From a virus: a stretch of DNA of 40,116 nucleotides. The stretch is taken from positions 1-40,116 of IMG/VR virus record IMGVR_UViG_3300045988_037305; one strand, 5' to 3'. The notes below the pieces were generated by a model that was given only the letters and a program-made list of their open reading frames with translations, was not told the origin of the DNA and did not search any database. Position 1 is the stretch's first letter. Every line of letters begins with the position of its first letter. Positions 7,013 to 17,024 of the stretch are shown piece by piece. Both the position numbers and the translations under genes were made by a program.

Positions 7013-9910
7013 TTAATCTAAAATCTTAAATTGCATCCTAGTCCCTTGCAAATACCATTTTGAAGAAATAGAGCTCCAACATCTATGACAAAAGAACCCG
7101 GCACGTTCGTAATGGTCAAATCCGCCTCCGTGTACTTCCATTGAAATTGCCGAATCTTGACTATAATAATACGCATCCCCGAAACTATTATCTTGAGTAA
7201 TACCGGACAATGGAAATTGCGTGTCTGTTGGGCTACCGCCCCTAAAACTACTTGGATAACCCAACCATCTATATACGCTATCAACCCAAAGATTGCCAAT
7301 AAAACAGAACTGCGCCCCTACGCTTCCCAAATCAGGTTGATTTATCATTTTTGTTCCTATTGGTACATATCCCGTCGCTTCATCGTTATAATCTTTTTGC
7401 GAAAATCCAACATAACACGTTCCGTTCTTAAATATGACCCCGTCCAACTCATGCCAAACATTACCCCAAAGGTTTTCAATTCCACACATAAGAACGCCGC
7501 ACGTACCATCGTTTGTGTCAACTCCTAAAACAGAACGTCCGGTATCATGCGTTAATACATCAGTAACGCCGGACGGCTGCCCACAACTACCCCATAATGT
7601 ATCGGTATAAAATTCAACGTTCTTATCCAAAGTTATGGTTGCTTGTCTGCCATCTTCTCTAACCGTTATTTCTGTTATCTTTGCCCTATCATACATCGTG
7701 TCGCCGCTTTCATCTCTAACAAAGCCAACATAAGAACCGACCCAAAATTTTTTCAGAACCGTATCGTTAACAAAACTTGGGCTTTCCACTGTCACAATTG
7801 TATTTTTTGACCCCGTTATTCCGGAATAGTCTTTTGCTATGCTTCCATAAGGTTGAAAAAGCCCGGTATAACCTCCACCGATATAATTTTGGGAATTTTT
7901 CTGCGCAAATCGTACCAAATATAAATGTTGCAAACTCATTACCGTTCTTATATCCATTGCGGCGAACCCGTTTCCTTTTTCTTGGTACAATGTACGAAAT
8001 TCTCCAATTGCCTTTTCTATACATGGCAAAACCCCGGATTTGCTGTATAATGTACCATCGTCCCCAATTGACGTTTCATATTTTGCAATATAAACTCTAT
8101 CAAGAACTTTTCCATTTTCAATAAACATCGGTGCCGGGAAAAATCCGCCTTTCTGAACCTCACATATTTTTCTATACTCATAGCCATCTTCAATGTATCT
8201 ATCCATATAGAACAAAGGAATTTCAATAAACGTATCTTTGTCACGTCCAAACCTGTCATCCCCTTTGTATATAATTTCCGCTGCTCCGGTCGCATCAACA
8301 ACAATATTACATTCTTTCATTTTGCTAAACGGATAAACAGAAAGAAAATCATCTCTTTCTATTGGCTCCGTACCAATCTGTGTTGCCGATATTAATCCTA
8401 CCGCATCATCAGTTCTTTCCCATACCATGTTTGTTGGGTCTGCAATGCTTTGTTTAACCCCATATACCTTTACGTCAGATTGTCCGGTTGGTGTTCTCCA
8501 AATAACAGAATTTCCGACGATTGTAGGCACTTGCCCCTCTGTTCCTCCTTCTGTATTCAAACAATCCAACGACAATGTTTTTTTTCTTGGTAGCAATGAC
8601 GAATATTCAACATAAGGTTCATAAGACGTTGAAACATCGCCAACCTCTACTTGACAACCATCTATTCCAACCCCTCTAACATTACATGAAAATATACAAT
8701 ATGAAGAATTTTCAATTCCCGTTAATGTTTTAGTCTGCATCCCCTCAAATATGATATTGTCATCTTTATCGAATATCAATTGTCGAATTATTGACGACGT
8801 ATTATTTGCAGCGTTACAAATCAATGTTTCCCCATCTTTTATTGGAATTTTTGGGGTTGTAAAATTGTCGGGATTTGAAACAAATACACCTCCGGTTTTA
8901 TAATACCCTTGTTTAATTTCTTGGCTTTCTTTATTAAATTTGTTTTTCCCTACCTCTTTTAATACGAACAAATTATTGGCTTGTTCTTCTGTTATATATT
9001 TGTTTATGCCATCTACAATACTTTGAATTTCATATTGACCGTTTGCATTGATAAACAATTGCTTTGATATAACGTTTGTTTCTTTATAATTATAATTTTT
9101 TGCGTTTGGTGATATTTCAAAGCTATGTACAGAAACCGTAAACGTAATATCATCAAACGTTCCGGTTTTCTCAAACTCACCATCTTCATAAACCAATGTT
9201 CCAATTGCTGCTTTATTCTTACATATCTGAACAACGTTTTTTGTTGCTCCCGGACTATACCCAAATGTGCCGATTGAATAATCGTCGTTAACATCAACCA
9301 ATTTATTTGTTGTTACTCGTATTTCTTTAACTAATGACGCAATGTCATAAACAATACCCAACGGCTGTGTATGATAATCAAAATATAATGTATCAAATAC
9401 TTCAACCCATCGTGTCGGATTTGTAAAACCGATATTGCTTTCAAAAACATATCTTCTCAATTTATCATCAGAATCATTGAAAAACAATTTGAATCCGGAT
9501 TTTTTGCACGCCTGGGGAACATTCTTTGACGCTTCTGTAATTGCAGAAATCAAATCATATTGTCCCGGTTTATAAACATTTAAATTGAACTCATTAAAAT
9601 AAATTTGTTCCTGCATCAACGTCCAACCGGCACTATTTGAATTTGTAAAAATGCCAATACTATTTGGTTTTAATACTGCATTTCCAAAGTTTACATACTC
9701 GCCGGGGCGGATACATATATAAAAAACATTTGCGTCCGGGGTTCCCGGATTTGTCGTTGGGGTTGCTATCCCAACAAATGTTGCGCCGCCTCCTAATTGG
9801 TTAATAATTGATAACAAAGAATTTTGCAAAATTTGCCCGGTAATTTCTTGATTGCCATTTGCTTTAATGACTTGCGCAACCGCATCTTTTAGGCTTGTGT
9901 AATTTGCCAT
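7013..9910 (-). CDS. Tail fibre / receptor-binding protein with a C-type-lectin (FGE-sulfatase-like) C-terminal domain
   Basis: 965 aa and the last gene of the tail module. The N-terminus MANYTSLKDAVAQVIKANGNQEITGQILQNSLLSIINQLGGGATFVGIATPTTNPGTPDANVFY is a motif I associate with Bacteroidota phage fibres. The C-terminus has ENLWGNVWHELDG (compare GNVWEW of FGE/CLec domains) and HGGGFDHYERAGFFCHRCW...LQGTRM (compare GGSW...G.R). Confidence 0.7.
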   Translation of the reverse strand: MANYTSLKDAVAQVIKANGNQEITGQILQNSLLSIINQLGGGATFVGIATPTTNPGTPDANVFYICIRPGEYVNFGNAVLKPNSIGIFTNSNSAGWTLMQEQIYFNEFNLNVYKPGQYDLISAITEASKNVPQACKKSGFKLFFNDSDDKLRRYVFESNIGFTNPTRWVEVFDTLYFDYHTQPLGIVYDIASLVKEIRVTTNKLVDVNDDYSIGTFGYSPGATKNVVQICKNKAAIGTLVYEDGEFEKTGTFDDITFTVSVHSFEISPNAKNYNYKETNVISKQLFINANGQYEIQSIVDGINKYITEEQANNLFVLKEVGKNKFNKESQEIKQGYYKTGGVFVSNPDNFTTPKIPIKDGETLICNAANNTSSIIRQLIFDKDDNIIFEGMQTKTLTGIENSSYCIFSCNVRGVGIDGCQVEVGDVSTSYEPYVEYSSLLPRKKTLSLDCLNTEGGTEGQVPTIVGNSVIWRTPTGQSDVKVYGVKQSIADPTNMVWERTDDAVGLISATQIGTEPIERDDFLSVYPFSKMKECNIVVDATGAAEIIYKGDDRFGRDKDTFIEIPLFYMDRYIEDGYEYRKICEVQKGGFFPAPMFIENGKVLDRVYIAKYETSIGDDGTLYSKSGVLPCIEKAIGEFRTLYQEKGNGFAAMDIRTVMSLQHLYLVRFAQKNSQNYIGGGYTGLFQPYGSIAKDYSGITGSKNTIVTVESPSFVNDTVLKKFWVGSYVGFVRDESGDTMYDRAKITEITVREDGRQATITLDKNVEFYTDTLWGSCGQPSGVTDVLTHDTGRSVLGVDTNDGTCGVLMCGIENLWGNVWHELDGVIFKNGTCYVGFSQKDYNDEATGYVPIGTKMINQPDLGSVGAQFCFIGNLWVDSVYRWLGYPSSFRGGSPTDTQFPLSGITQDNSFGDAYYYSQDSAISMEVHGGGFDHYERAGFFCHRCWSSISSKWYLQGTRMQFKILD

Positions 9911-9915
9911 TTTTT

Positions 9916-10782
9916 TTACTTATTAAAATCGTTATTAAAATCGTTATTGAAATCGTTATTGAAATCCCCGCTTATCGGCTCTACCAATCGCCCTATCTTT
10001 TTAACAACGGTGTCGGTTGTAAATTCCGCTTCAACGGACGCCAAATTGCCTTGTGTTTGCCATTTAGGGGTGATTAAAAAGGTATCGCAATTGTATTCGT
10101 TTCCCATACTCGTTACTGTTACATGGTCGGATAAACGTACCAATCGCAAGGCGTCGCACATATATTCGGACGCCAAAAAGACGAACCGGAATGTTTTTGC
10201 GCTCAACTGCTTTTCCGGGAAAAAAAAGCCATCCCGGGTTTCGCCCTCTTCGTCAAACGTATATTCGGGCTTTCCCAACTGCGTACACAAATACACGAAA
10301 TTTCGGTATGAATCCCCGTAATCAATGTGTCCGCCATCGTAATATAGATTTTGTTCATCATACCAAACAATTTTAAGGTAGCCCGAAACATCGTTTACGA
10401 CCGTGAAATTATCCGAATACCAACGTTGTACGCCGTCGTACATTTCTGCATAATATACGCCCTCCGGTACTTGCAATCCCATTGGGAACAACGCCGGGTA
10501 AACTATAAGGTCATAGCCGTTTGTTTCAAAACGCTTAATATGCAACCCGGTATCCTGTATTGGGGTTGTAATATCGGCAAACAACGTCCCGTCCCGGTTC
10601 CTTAACAGGACGGAACGTATTGTATTGCTTCGTGTGTCCCGGCGCAATTGAAACGGCGGCAACTTTCCCGACAAAGCAAAGAGTGGATAAACATCGCCAT
10701 ACGCATACGATTTGCGGGCGTTTTGCTGTGATATGTCCGTGTACCACGGCAACGGGGTTAAATTATTATTATTCGGTGTCAT
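9916..10782 (-). CDS. Tail-tip/baseplate-associated structural protein (function unknown)
   Basis: 288 aa, lying between the 835-aa tail-tip protein and the fibre gene. Its start overlaps the upstream gene by 14 nt. It ends in the DFNN repeat. Confidence 0.5.
   Translation of the reverse strand: MTPNNNNLTPLPWYTDISQQNARKSYAYGDVYPLFALSGKLPPFQLRRDTRSNTIRSVLLRNRDGTLFADITTPIQDTGLHIKRFETNGYDLIVYPALFPMGLQVPEGVYYAEMYDGVQRWYSDNFTVVNDVSGYLKIVWYDEQNLYYDGGHIDYGDSYRNFVYLCTQLGKPEYTFDEEGETRDGFFFPEKQLSAKTFRFVFLASEYMCDALRLVRLSDHVTVTSMGNEYNCDTFLITPKWQTQGNLASVEAEFTTDTVVKKIGRLVEPISGDFNNDFNNDFNNDFNK
9919..9966 (-). repeat. 12-bp tandem repeat x4 encoding the C-terminal (DFNN)4
   Basis: The plus strand reads cttattaaaatc gttattaaaatc gttattgaaatc gttattgaaatc (9919-9966). 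It is translated as GDFNNDFNNDFNNDFNK at the end of ORF 9916..10782. Confidence 0.9.
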
Positions 10783-13276
10783 ACTTTAATGTGACTTTAT
10801 TTGAACGACTGCACAAATTTACTGAAATCTTATCAATTTGACCATCCCCGATATACGTTTTAATCAAACGCATCGGGTTTATGTCTTGATTGGTCGGGAA
10901 AACAACCGTTTGTTTCTTCATCCGCTCAACCCCGGCGACGAATATTTCTGTACTCTCATTTATCCGAACGTTCCGGGCGGGCAAATCATAAATGTAATAA
11001 TTGGGTTGCAAATATATCATTGCAAGATACCCATTTTGCAACGTATATTCCACGTTGTCGACCGTCCGTTGAACAAAGGGCAACGCATATTTCGGCAATA
11101 TGGATACCGCCAACGGGCGGTTCTTCATACCCTGTATTGCAACTCTCCGGGTTCCGGCGGGGAAACTTACGGGTTGGTTTGTGAAATCCCGAACGGTTCC
11201 CGTTCCTACAAATTCATCGCTTTGCCCTAAATACTTACCGTTGGCGTCCCAAAATGTAGCTAATACGGACGTTACACCCCGGGCGGTTCCGGTTGCGTAT
11301 ATTGTGCCAATATCGCCGGACACATTGGCGACCAATGAAACAAATTCGCCACTATTGTATTTTTGCCCTCGCCAATAAAACGTACTGTCTTGCGTCTCTT
11401 GGCTATAATTCTGAAAACTCGGGGCCGCCGCAAACAGGGCAAACCCGTCGTCCGATACGTTGGTGGGGTTAAGCAACATATAATCAATATCGGCGTTGAA
11501 ATTGGATATATTCACCTCCTTAATCTTTCCGGCTGTAACATACTTGCTTAAAACGTCAATCGGGTATCCCTCGAAACCTTTTGTACAATCGTCCATCCAT
11601 GTGAATTGGTAACGTTCCGGCATATCGACTTTATCGAACGACCATGCCGACGACGCAAACCCCCACGGCTTGCGGTTCCGGGGGTTCAATACCTTTGTCA
11701 AATCGTAATCGACAATCGGATTGTATCCATATTGCCCGCCATTACGGAACCATTGTATATGCTCAATCTTAAATTTCCCGTCCTCAATGTACCAAAAGCA
11801 ACGGAAACAATCCCGCAACATATTCGTAACTTGTTGTAAGGTTATCGGGGCTTTTTGGGCGGGTTGGTCGTAATAACTGTATTTAATATTCGTTTTTTGC
11901 GTCATAAGCAACCGAAACGCCGTGTGTGTTATCGGGTTGGATTCGCCGTACAAAAATTGCGAATATTCCGGGGTTCCGTCGTGGGTAATCCCCGGCGCAA
12001 ACTGTTTCAGCAAAACAGATATAACGGAATATATCGGGTATGTATCCCGCAACGTAAATTCCTTTCGTCCTTCTGTTTCAAAAAAACTATCCATCATATC
12101 GAAACCAAACCAAATTGACGCATACCGCCATGTTGACCGGGCGATTGGGTAAAACTTTTGTCCCCAAAACGTATGCGGTTCCGTGAAATATCCGCCATTA
12201 TCCGCCATTCCGTACTCTGTCGGCTCTGACTGCGTGTAATTATTGATATACGCCACGTCGATTGCGTACCCAATGGCATAACGATAATTGCGGTTATCGT
12301 CTACAATATCATCGGCGGGGATTGGATAAGTATTTAACCCGTCGATTTGCTCAACGTCCAACAGGTAGCGAACATATACGTTATACGTTGCCATTTCAAC
12401 GGTTAATGTTCCGGTTGCCCCGGAACCGCTTACGGCGGTCATCGTGAAATCTTCGTTATCCCACGGGGTGCTACTCTCATGGATTTTAATATATTCATAC
12501 AATACCACACCGTCCGACCTCCTTACAAATTCCACCTTAACAAATCCCCAAAACGGCGGCTTATATTCTTGCGTAATGCGCATATAGTATCCGTTGTTGC
12601 TATCTGACGACATGTTGCCCGTGAAGTTCTTGCCGTCAATAGACATACGACCGACATACAACCCTTTCATTGCGTTGTCGCCTGTGTTGCTCGGCGTAAC
12701 GTTCATTTCTTTCAACATGTTGCACAAAGCAAAATGATAAGTCTTTATCAGTGCGTTCCGGTCGTCCACGGCGTTTGCGTCTTGCTCCCAATACATACCA
12801 CCCAAAAAACACGAAACGACGCTATCGCCCGGCAAATATACCTGTATCAACGGGCGTTTCTGCAACGTCATTCGGGTAATTGCCGGGGCTAACGGTATCA
12901 GATTATATTCTTTATCCAATCCCGCCAATACGTCGTTATATTCATCCAATGCGTCCGGCTGTACGGTGCATTTCTTGTCGTCGTCGTTCCACTCGCAATC
13001 GGTTTTCATAAATTTGCCCTTGAAATACTCCGACCATGTACCCCCGCCGTCGTCGCTTTTGTAAATCGTTAGGAAAAATTCAGTTTCAAAACGCATTTGC
13101 GCCAAATAGTCATAATCCACGCCGATAAACGATATTTTGCCGGACAACTTGCAACGGTAGAACCGTTGGTTCGTTTCTAATTCATATTCCTTTGCCAAAT
13201 CGTCCTTATACGTCGGATTGACCACCTTTTGCAAATTGTCGTTCGTGGCAATAGTAAATTTATAAATTGGGTTCAT
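10769..13276 (-). CDS. Large tail-tip protein (distal tail / tail-associated protein candidate)
   Basis: 835 aa. Its ATG at 13276 lies immediately after the tape-measure stop at 13278, the usual position for Dit/Tal-type proteins. No catalytic motif was recognised. Confidence 0.5.
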   Translation of the reverse strand: MNPIYKFTIATNDNLQKVVNPTYKDDLAKEYELETNQRFYRCKLSGKISFIGVDYDYLAQMRFETEFFLTIYKSDDGGGTWSEYFKGKFMKTDCEWNDDDKKCTVQPDALDEYNDVLAGLDKEYNLIPLAPAITRMTLQKRPLIQVYLPGDSVVSCFLGGMYWEQDANAVDDRNALIKTYHFALCNMLKEMNVTPSNTGDNAMKGLYVGRMSIDGKNFTGNMSSDSNNGYYMRITQEYKPPFWGFVKVEFVRRSDGVVLYEYIKIHESSTPWDNEDFTMTAVSGSGATGTLTVEMATYNVYVRYLLDVEQIDGLNTYPIPADDIVDDNRNYRYAIGYAIDVAYINNYTQSEPTEYGMADNGGYFTEPHTFWGQKFYPIARSTWRYASIWFGFDMMDSFFETEGRKEFTLRDTYPIYSVISVLLKQFAPGITHDGTPEYSQFLYGESNPITHTAFRLLMTQKTNIKYSYYDQPAQKAPITLQQVTNMLRDCFRCFWYIEDGKFKIEHIQWFRNGGQYGYNPIVDYDLTKVLNPRNRKPWGFASSAWSFDKVDMPERYQFTWMDDCTKGFEGYPIDVLSKYVTAGKIKEVNISNFNADIDYMLLNPTNVSDDGFALFAAAPSFQNYSQETQDSTFYWRGQKYNSGEFVSLVANVSGDIGTIYATGTARGVTSVLATFWDANGKYLGQSDEFVGTGTVRDFTNQPVSFPAGTRRVAIQGMKNRPLAVSILPKYALPFVQRTVDNVEYTLQNGYLAMIYLQPNYYIYDLPARNVRINESTEIFVAGVERMKKQTVVFPTNQDINPMRLIKTYIGDGQIDKISVNLCSRSNKVTLKYDTE

Positions 13277-13277
13277 G

Positions 13278-16200
13278 TCAATTTTTTATTTTACGTCTTA
13301 AATTTTTGTACAACTCAATCGTCCCGTCTGCGGTCGGGATATAACGGCGGCGGTTCATTTCCTTAATTTCCCGCACGTCGTTTTGCAATTCCCGCAAATC
13401 CGGGTTATCCCCGGCAACGTTAATGGTCATACCATTTGCACCGCTGTATGCGTTCATGTACTTTTTTTCAAAGGACCCATTGTTCAACGCCCGCACAACG
13501 TCGGGAATCAAACGACGGTAGCGGCGAGAATTACGTTTGTTGAACACGGCGAAAAATTCGCCCCCCTCGGCACGGCGCCGGCGTCCGTCCGGCTTGGTTC
13601 CTAAATCCACGTCGTCCCCGGATTGGTGAGAACCGCCCGTCAACAATTCAACCGTACCGTCCCCGTAACTTTCCGACCCCCCGGCGGCTTTACTCATTTG
13701 TGCTGCTTTAATTTTGGCGGCGGCAAATGAAGCCCACATAACAGCGATTGCCGGGATTGCGAACGGGAACCCCAATTGCGACCAAATCTTAGCCGTTGCC
13801 GTTACCATATCTCCTATTTGCTGTAACGTCTGAATAGCGGCTTGTTGTTTTTGGGCTTTCTGCTGTTCTTTCAACGCTTTTTCTTGGTTGCGTTTTGCCA
13901 TATCCAACTCCTTTTGCGCCATGACTACGTTATTGGCATAGCCGTTCGCCCTTGCTTCCAATTCTGCATCCAACGCCGATTGTGCGCTGTTAACCTCTTT
14001 GTCTGCTTGTTCAACCGCCGCATCAGCCGCCGCCACACGTGCCGCTGTAAATGTATTCAGCGCATCCAATGCGTATTGCATTGACGTATTGATTGCTTCC
14101 TTTTGTTCGTCGTCCAAATTTAAACCAAATAACCCGTATATGTCCTTCCCTCTTTCCTCGCCTTTTGACTGCTCAATTTCTTGGTCAATTTTTTTGATTG
14201 TGTTTTGGATTGTCCGCACCTCGACATCCGACAATTTATTAGCCGCCTGCTCATTCAATTCTAAAACCTTTTGCAAACGTTCCTTTTCTGCTTGCAAACG
14301 GTATTGGGTTTTCCGGGCTTCTGAATTTCTCAACAAATCAAATTCAGATTGCGCCAACTCTTGTTGTTGTTCAAACATCTTTAATTGCGCTTGCAAATAT
14401 TCGTCGGCAATTGCGCTTTTTTTAACGTCAAACCCGGCACTAATCACCCCGGCGTCCTGCTGTTGTCCGGTCGGCTTTTGCTCATTCTGCAACAATGCCG
14501 TCTGTCTTTCATTCTCGACTAACTGCATTCGCAATTGTCGTTCTTGCTCGCTTCCCTGCTTAACCGCTTGCAAGCGTAATTCAATGCCATTTTTCTGCAA
14601 TGCCAATTCCTGCAACTGCCGTTCTTGCTCTATTTTCAACAACGCATTTGTCTGCTGTTGTTCCAACGCCGTAATCGTTGCGTTTATCGCCTCACGTCCG
14701 GTTTCGCTCAAATCCTTTTCGGTCTGTAATTGGTGTTGTAAATCCTCAATCTGTCGGGAATATTGATATTGCGTTTGCTTCCGACGCTTTGCCCATTCGT
14801 CGGTTTCCAACTGCAATTGTGCATCCTGCAATTTTCGGGTTGCCTCCAAATTCTTTCTATATGCCGCTTCAATCTGCTTTGTCTGCTGTCCTGCTGTCTT
14901 TCTCGTTTTGTTCCTACCCCTCGTTACGGTTGGGTTCTGCGTCGTCACGGGCTGGTCTGTTTTAGGCGTTGGAACATCTCCAACAGAAACCGGGATTGTT
15001 AACGGTTTTATTTTCTTCTGCATACCCTCTAATCCCTCCTTGAAATTTTCTGTCATGTCTTTAACTTGGGCTTTCACCAAATTTCCGTATGCTGCGGCAT
15101 ACTCCGCCAATCCTTTTTTCACGTCGTCAAAATTCAGTGTAAACGCTCCCTTTAATGCGGTCCCGGTCGCTTTGACTATATCAATAAAGAATCCAAACAG
15201 ATTTCCCAACGAATCAAATGCCGTTTTGAATCCGGCGACAATCCCATTCCAAATTGCACGTATCAAAACACTTTCGTTGTATAACTCAATAAAGTAGTTG
15301 ATAACATTAATAACCCCTTTTATTATCGCCGTCAATCCTTGGGTGACAAAAACTTTCGCTTTCGTTGTCAACGTTTCAAAATTTCCTCCGGTGGCATCAA
15401 ACAACCCGGATAATGCGTTTTGCAATTCGATTTGGCTTTGCAATTGTTCCTCCTGCAATTGCGCCAAAACTCCGGCTTTCCCTTTCACATCATCCATATT
15501 TGTTGAAATATCTTTCAACGTGCGCAAATACTGCAATCCGGCATCCTCTCCGGGACCCCCGAATATGTCTGCAATCGCAGTCCCGACCGTTGCCGCACTA
15601 TCCGGCAATTCTGCCAATTTTGCGGAAACTTCTTGTATAACATCGAACGTCGTTTTGGTTCCGGTCTGCAAATCTTTCTGCACTTGCTCCGACGAAATGC
15701 CTATACCGTCCAAAGCCGCCGCCGTCGCCGTTGTCATTTCTCGCAAACGCAAATTCGCCTCCTTGATTGCGTCAACGCCTTTGTCTGAAAAGATACCCAT
15801 TTTGTTTGTTTCGGCAACAATGGCAACGAATTGGTCTGCCGATATTCCCGCCTCCTTGAAATACGCCGGGTATTCTTTCAACGTGTCTAAAAATTCCCCG
15901 TTCGCATCTGCTCCGGACACAAAACCATCTTTGACCAATTCCAACGCCTCATTTGTAGATATACCAAATTGTTTTGACAGTGCGTTTGTTGCAATCAGAG
16001 TTTCCCGGAAATCTGCGCCGAACGAATCCGCAACGGCTTGCACCTCGTTTCTAAACACTTTCAAATCATCGCCACTTTTCCCGGTAAATTGTTGCGTCAA
16101 CCTTGTTGCCTCAACCAATCCGGCGTTATAATCGTACCACCATTTGAACGCCGCACCCGCCGCCGTAATCCCGGCAATTGACAAAAATACGGGATTTGAA

Positions 16201-16922
16201 AGCAACCCCAATAGAGTTTTCCCCAACGCCTTTGCGCCATCGCCCATTGCTGTAAATACTCCTTTGCTTTCTGCGCCGCCACGCCCTAAGGCTAAAAGGC
16301 TTTCGCCAAATGAATTGTTAAGCCCCAAAGTTTGTTTCAATTTATCGCCATACGCAATTATGGCGTTGGACGCTTCTGTATAGTTACCGACGTTCAATTG
16401 ATATTTCCCGGTCGCTTCCTGCAAACGCTTCATTTCTTCGTACATGTCCCGTGTCTGAGCAACTAACTTGCGCCCCTCCTCGGTATTTTCTCGCTCGGCT
16501 TTCGTCATGTTGTTCAGATAGATTTTATTCAAAGAATATTGCGCCGAAAGTTTGTTGTAACTGCCCTCCGCTGACTGATTGATTTTGACAACAAGTTTGT
16601 TTATTTGGTTGGCTTCCTGTTGTGCCAATTTCAACTCCGCCAACTTCTTTGCGTTCTCGCTTTCTGCAAACGACAAATCACGTTGCGCACGTGCCAAACG
16701 TTCCGCATCGTCTGCGGCTTTTTTGGTTGTGTTCCTCCCATCCTCAGTAGCCCCGGAAACCTTTTGTAAAACCGCCGCCAACTGAATCGCTTCCGCCTTA
16801 ATATTTTTCAACGCATTTGTATATGTATCCGAAAGTTCATCCAATTGCTTTATCAAATCAGTAATCGAACTATCGGGGCTTACCAAATCGGAATATTTAA
16901 TTGGGTTGTTATTGTCTGCCAT
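13278..16922 (-). CDS. Tail tape measure protein
   Basis: 1214 aa. It has a long coiled-coil N-terminus and a TP901-type core pattern (FGADFRETLIATNALSKQFGISTNEALELVKDGFVSGADANGEFLDTLKEYPAYFKEAGISADQFVAIVAETNKMGIFSDKGVDAIKEANLRLRE). It also has a hydrophobic segment (FPFAIPAIAVMWASFAAAKI) and Q/E/K-rich helical repeats. Confidence 0.9.
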   Translation of the reverse strand: MADNNNPIKYSDLVSPDSSITDLIKQLDELSDTYTNALKNIKAEAIQLAAVLQKVSGATEDGRNTTKKAADDAERLARAQRDLSFAESENAKKLAELKLAQQEANQINKLVVKINQSAEGSYNKLSAQYSLNKIYLNNMTKAERENTEEGRKLVAQTRDMYEEMKRLQEATGKYQLNVGNYTEASNAIIAYGDKLKQTLGLNNSFGESLLALGRGGAESKGVFTAMGDGAKALGKTLLGLLSNPVFLSIAGITAAGAAFKWWYDYNAGLVEATRLTQQFTGKSGDDLKVFRNEVQAVADSFGADFRETLIATNALSKQFGISTNEALELVKDGFVSGADANGEFLDTLKEYPAYFKEAGISADQFVAIVAETNKMGIFSDKGVDAIKEANLRLREMTTATAAALDGIGISSEQVQKDLQTGTKTTFDVIQEVSAKLAELPDSAATVGTAIADIFGGPGEDAGLQYLRTLKDISTNMDDVKGKAGVLAQLQEEQLQSQIELQNALSGLFDATGGNFETLTTKAKVFVTQGLTAIIKGVINVINYFIELYNESVLIRAIWNGIVAGFKTAFDSLGNLFGFFIDIVKATGTALKGAFTLNFDDVKKGLAEYAAAYGNLVKAQVKDMTENFKEGLEGMQKKIKPLTIPVSVGDVPTPKTDQPVTTQNPTVTRGRNKTRKTAGQQTKQIEAAYRKNLEATRKLQDAQLQLETDEWAKRRKQTQYQYSRQIEDLQHQLQTEKDLSETGREAINATITALEQQQTNALLKIEQERQLQELALQKNGIELRLQAVKQGSEQERQLRMQLVENERQTALLQNEQKPTGQQQDAGVISAGFDVKKSAIADEYLQAQLKMFEQQQELAQSEFDLLRNSEARKTQYRLQAEKERLQKVLELNEQAANKLSDVEVRTIQNTIKKIDQEIEQSKGEERGKDIYGLFGLNLDDEQKEAINTSMQYALDALNTFTAARVAAADAAVEQADKEVNSAQSALDAELEARANGYANNVVMAQKELDMAKRNQEKALKEQQKAQKQQAAIQTLQQIGDMVTATAKIWSQLGFPFAIPAIAVMWASFAAAKIKAAQMSKAAGGSESYGDGTVELLTGGSHQSGDDVDLGTKPDGRRRRAEGGEFFAVFNKRNSRRYRRLIPDVVRALNNGSFEKKYMNAYSGANGMTINVAGDNPDLRELQNDVREIKEMNRRRYIPTADGTIELYKNLRRKIKN

Positions 16923-16978
16923 ACGACTAATTTGTTTTTATTTTCGGGCAATTTGCCCTACAATCAATTTTCTTATCT

Positions 16979-17012
16979 CAAATATATAATTTATCGTCTA
17001 AAAAATAAAACG
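16979..17012 (-). promoter_or_regulatory. Possible internal promoter ahead of the tape measure gene
   Basis: The reverse complement of caaatata at 16979-16986 is TATATTTG. The -33 element is weak. A small hairpin gggca-NNN-tgccc at 16945-16957 lies in the leader. Confidence 0.3.
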
Positions 17013-17024
17013 CCTTAAATCGCA

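Noticed and set aside
7013-7700. A diversity-generating retroelement could be targeting the CLec-like tip of the tail fibre.
   Set aside because: No reverse-transcriptase-like ORF exists anywhere in this apparently complete genome. I found no second near-identical copy (template repeat) of the fibre 3' end.
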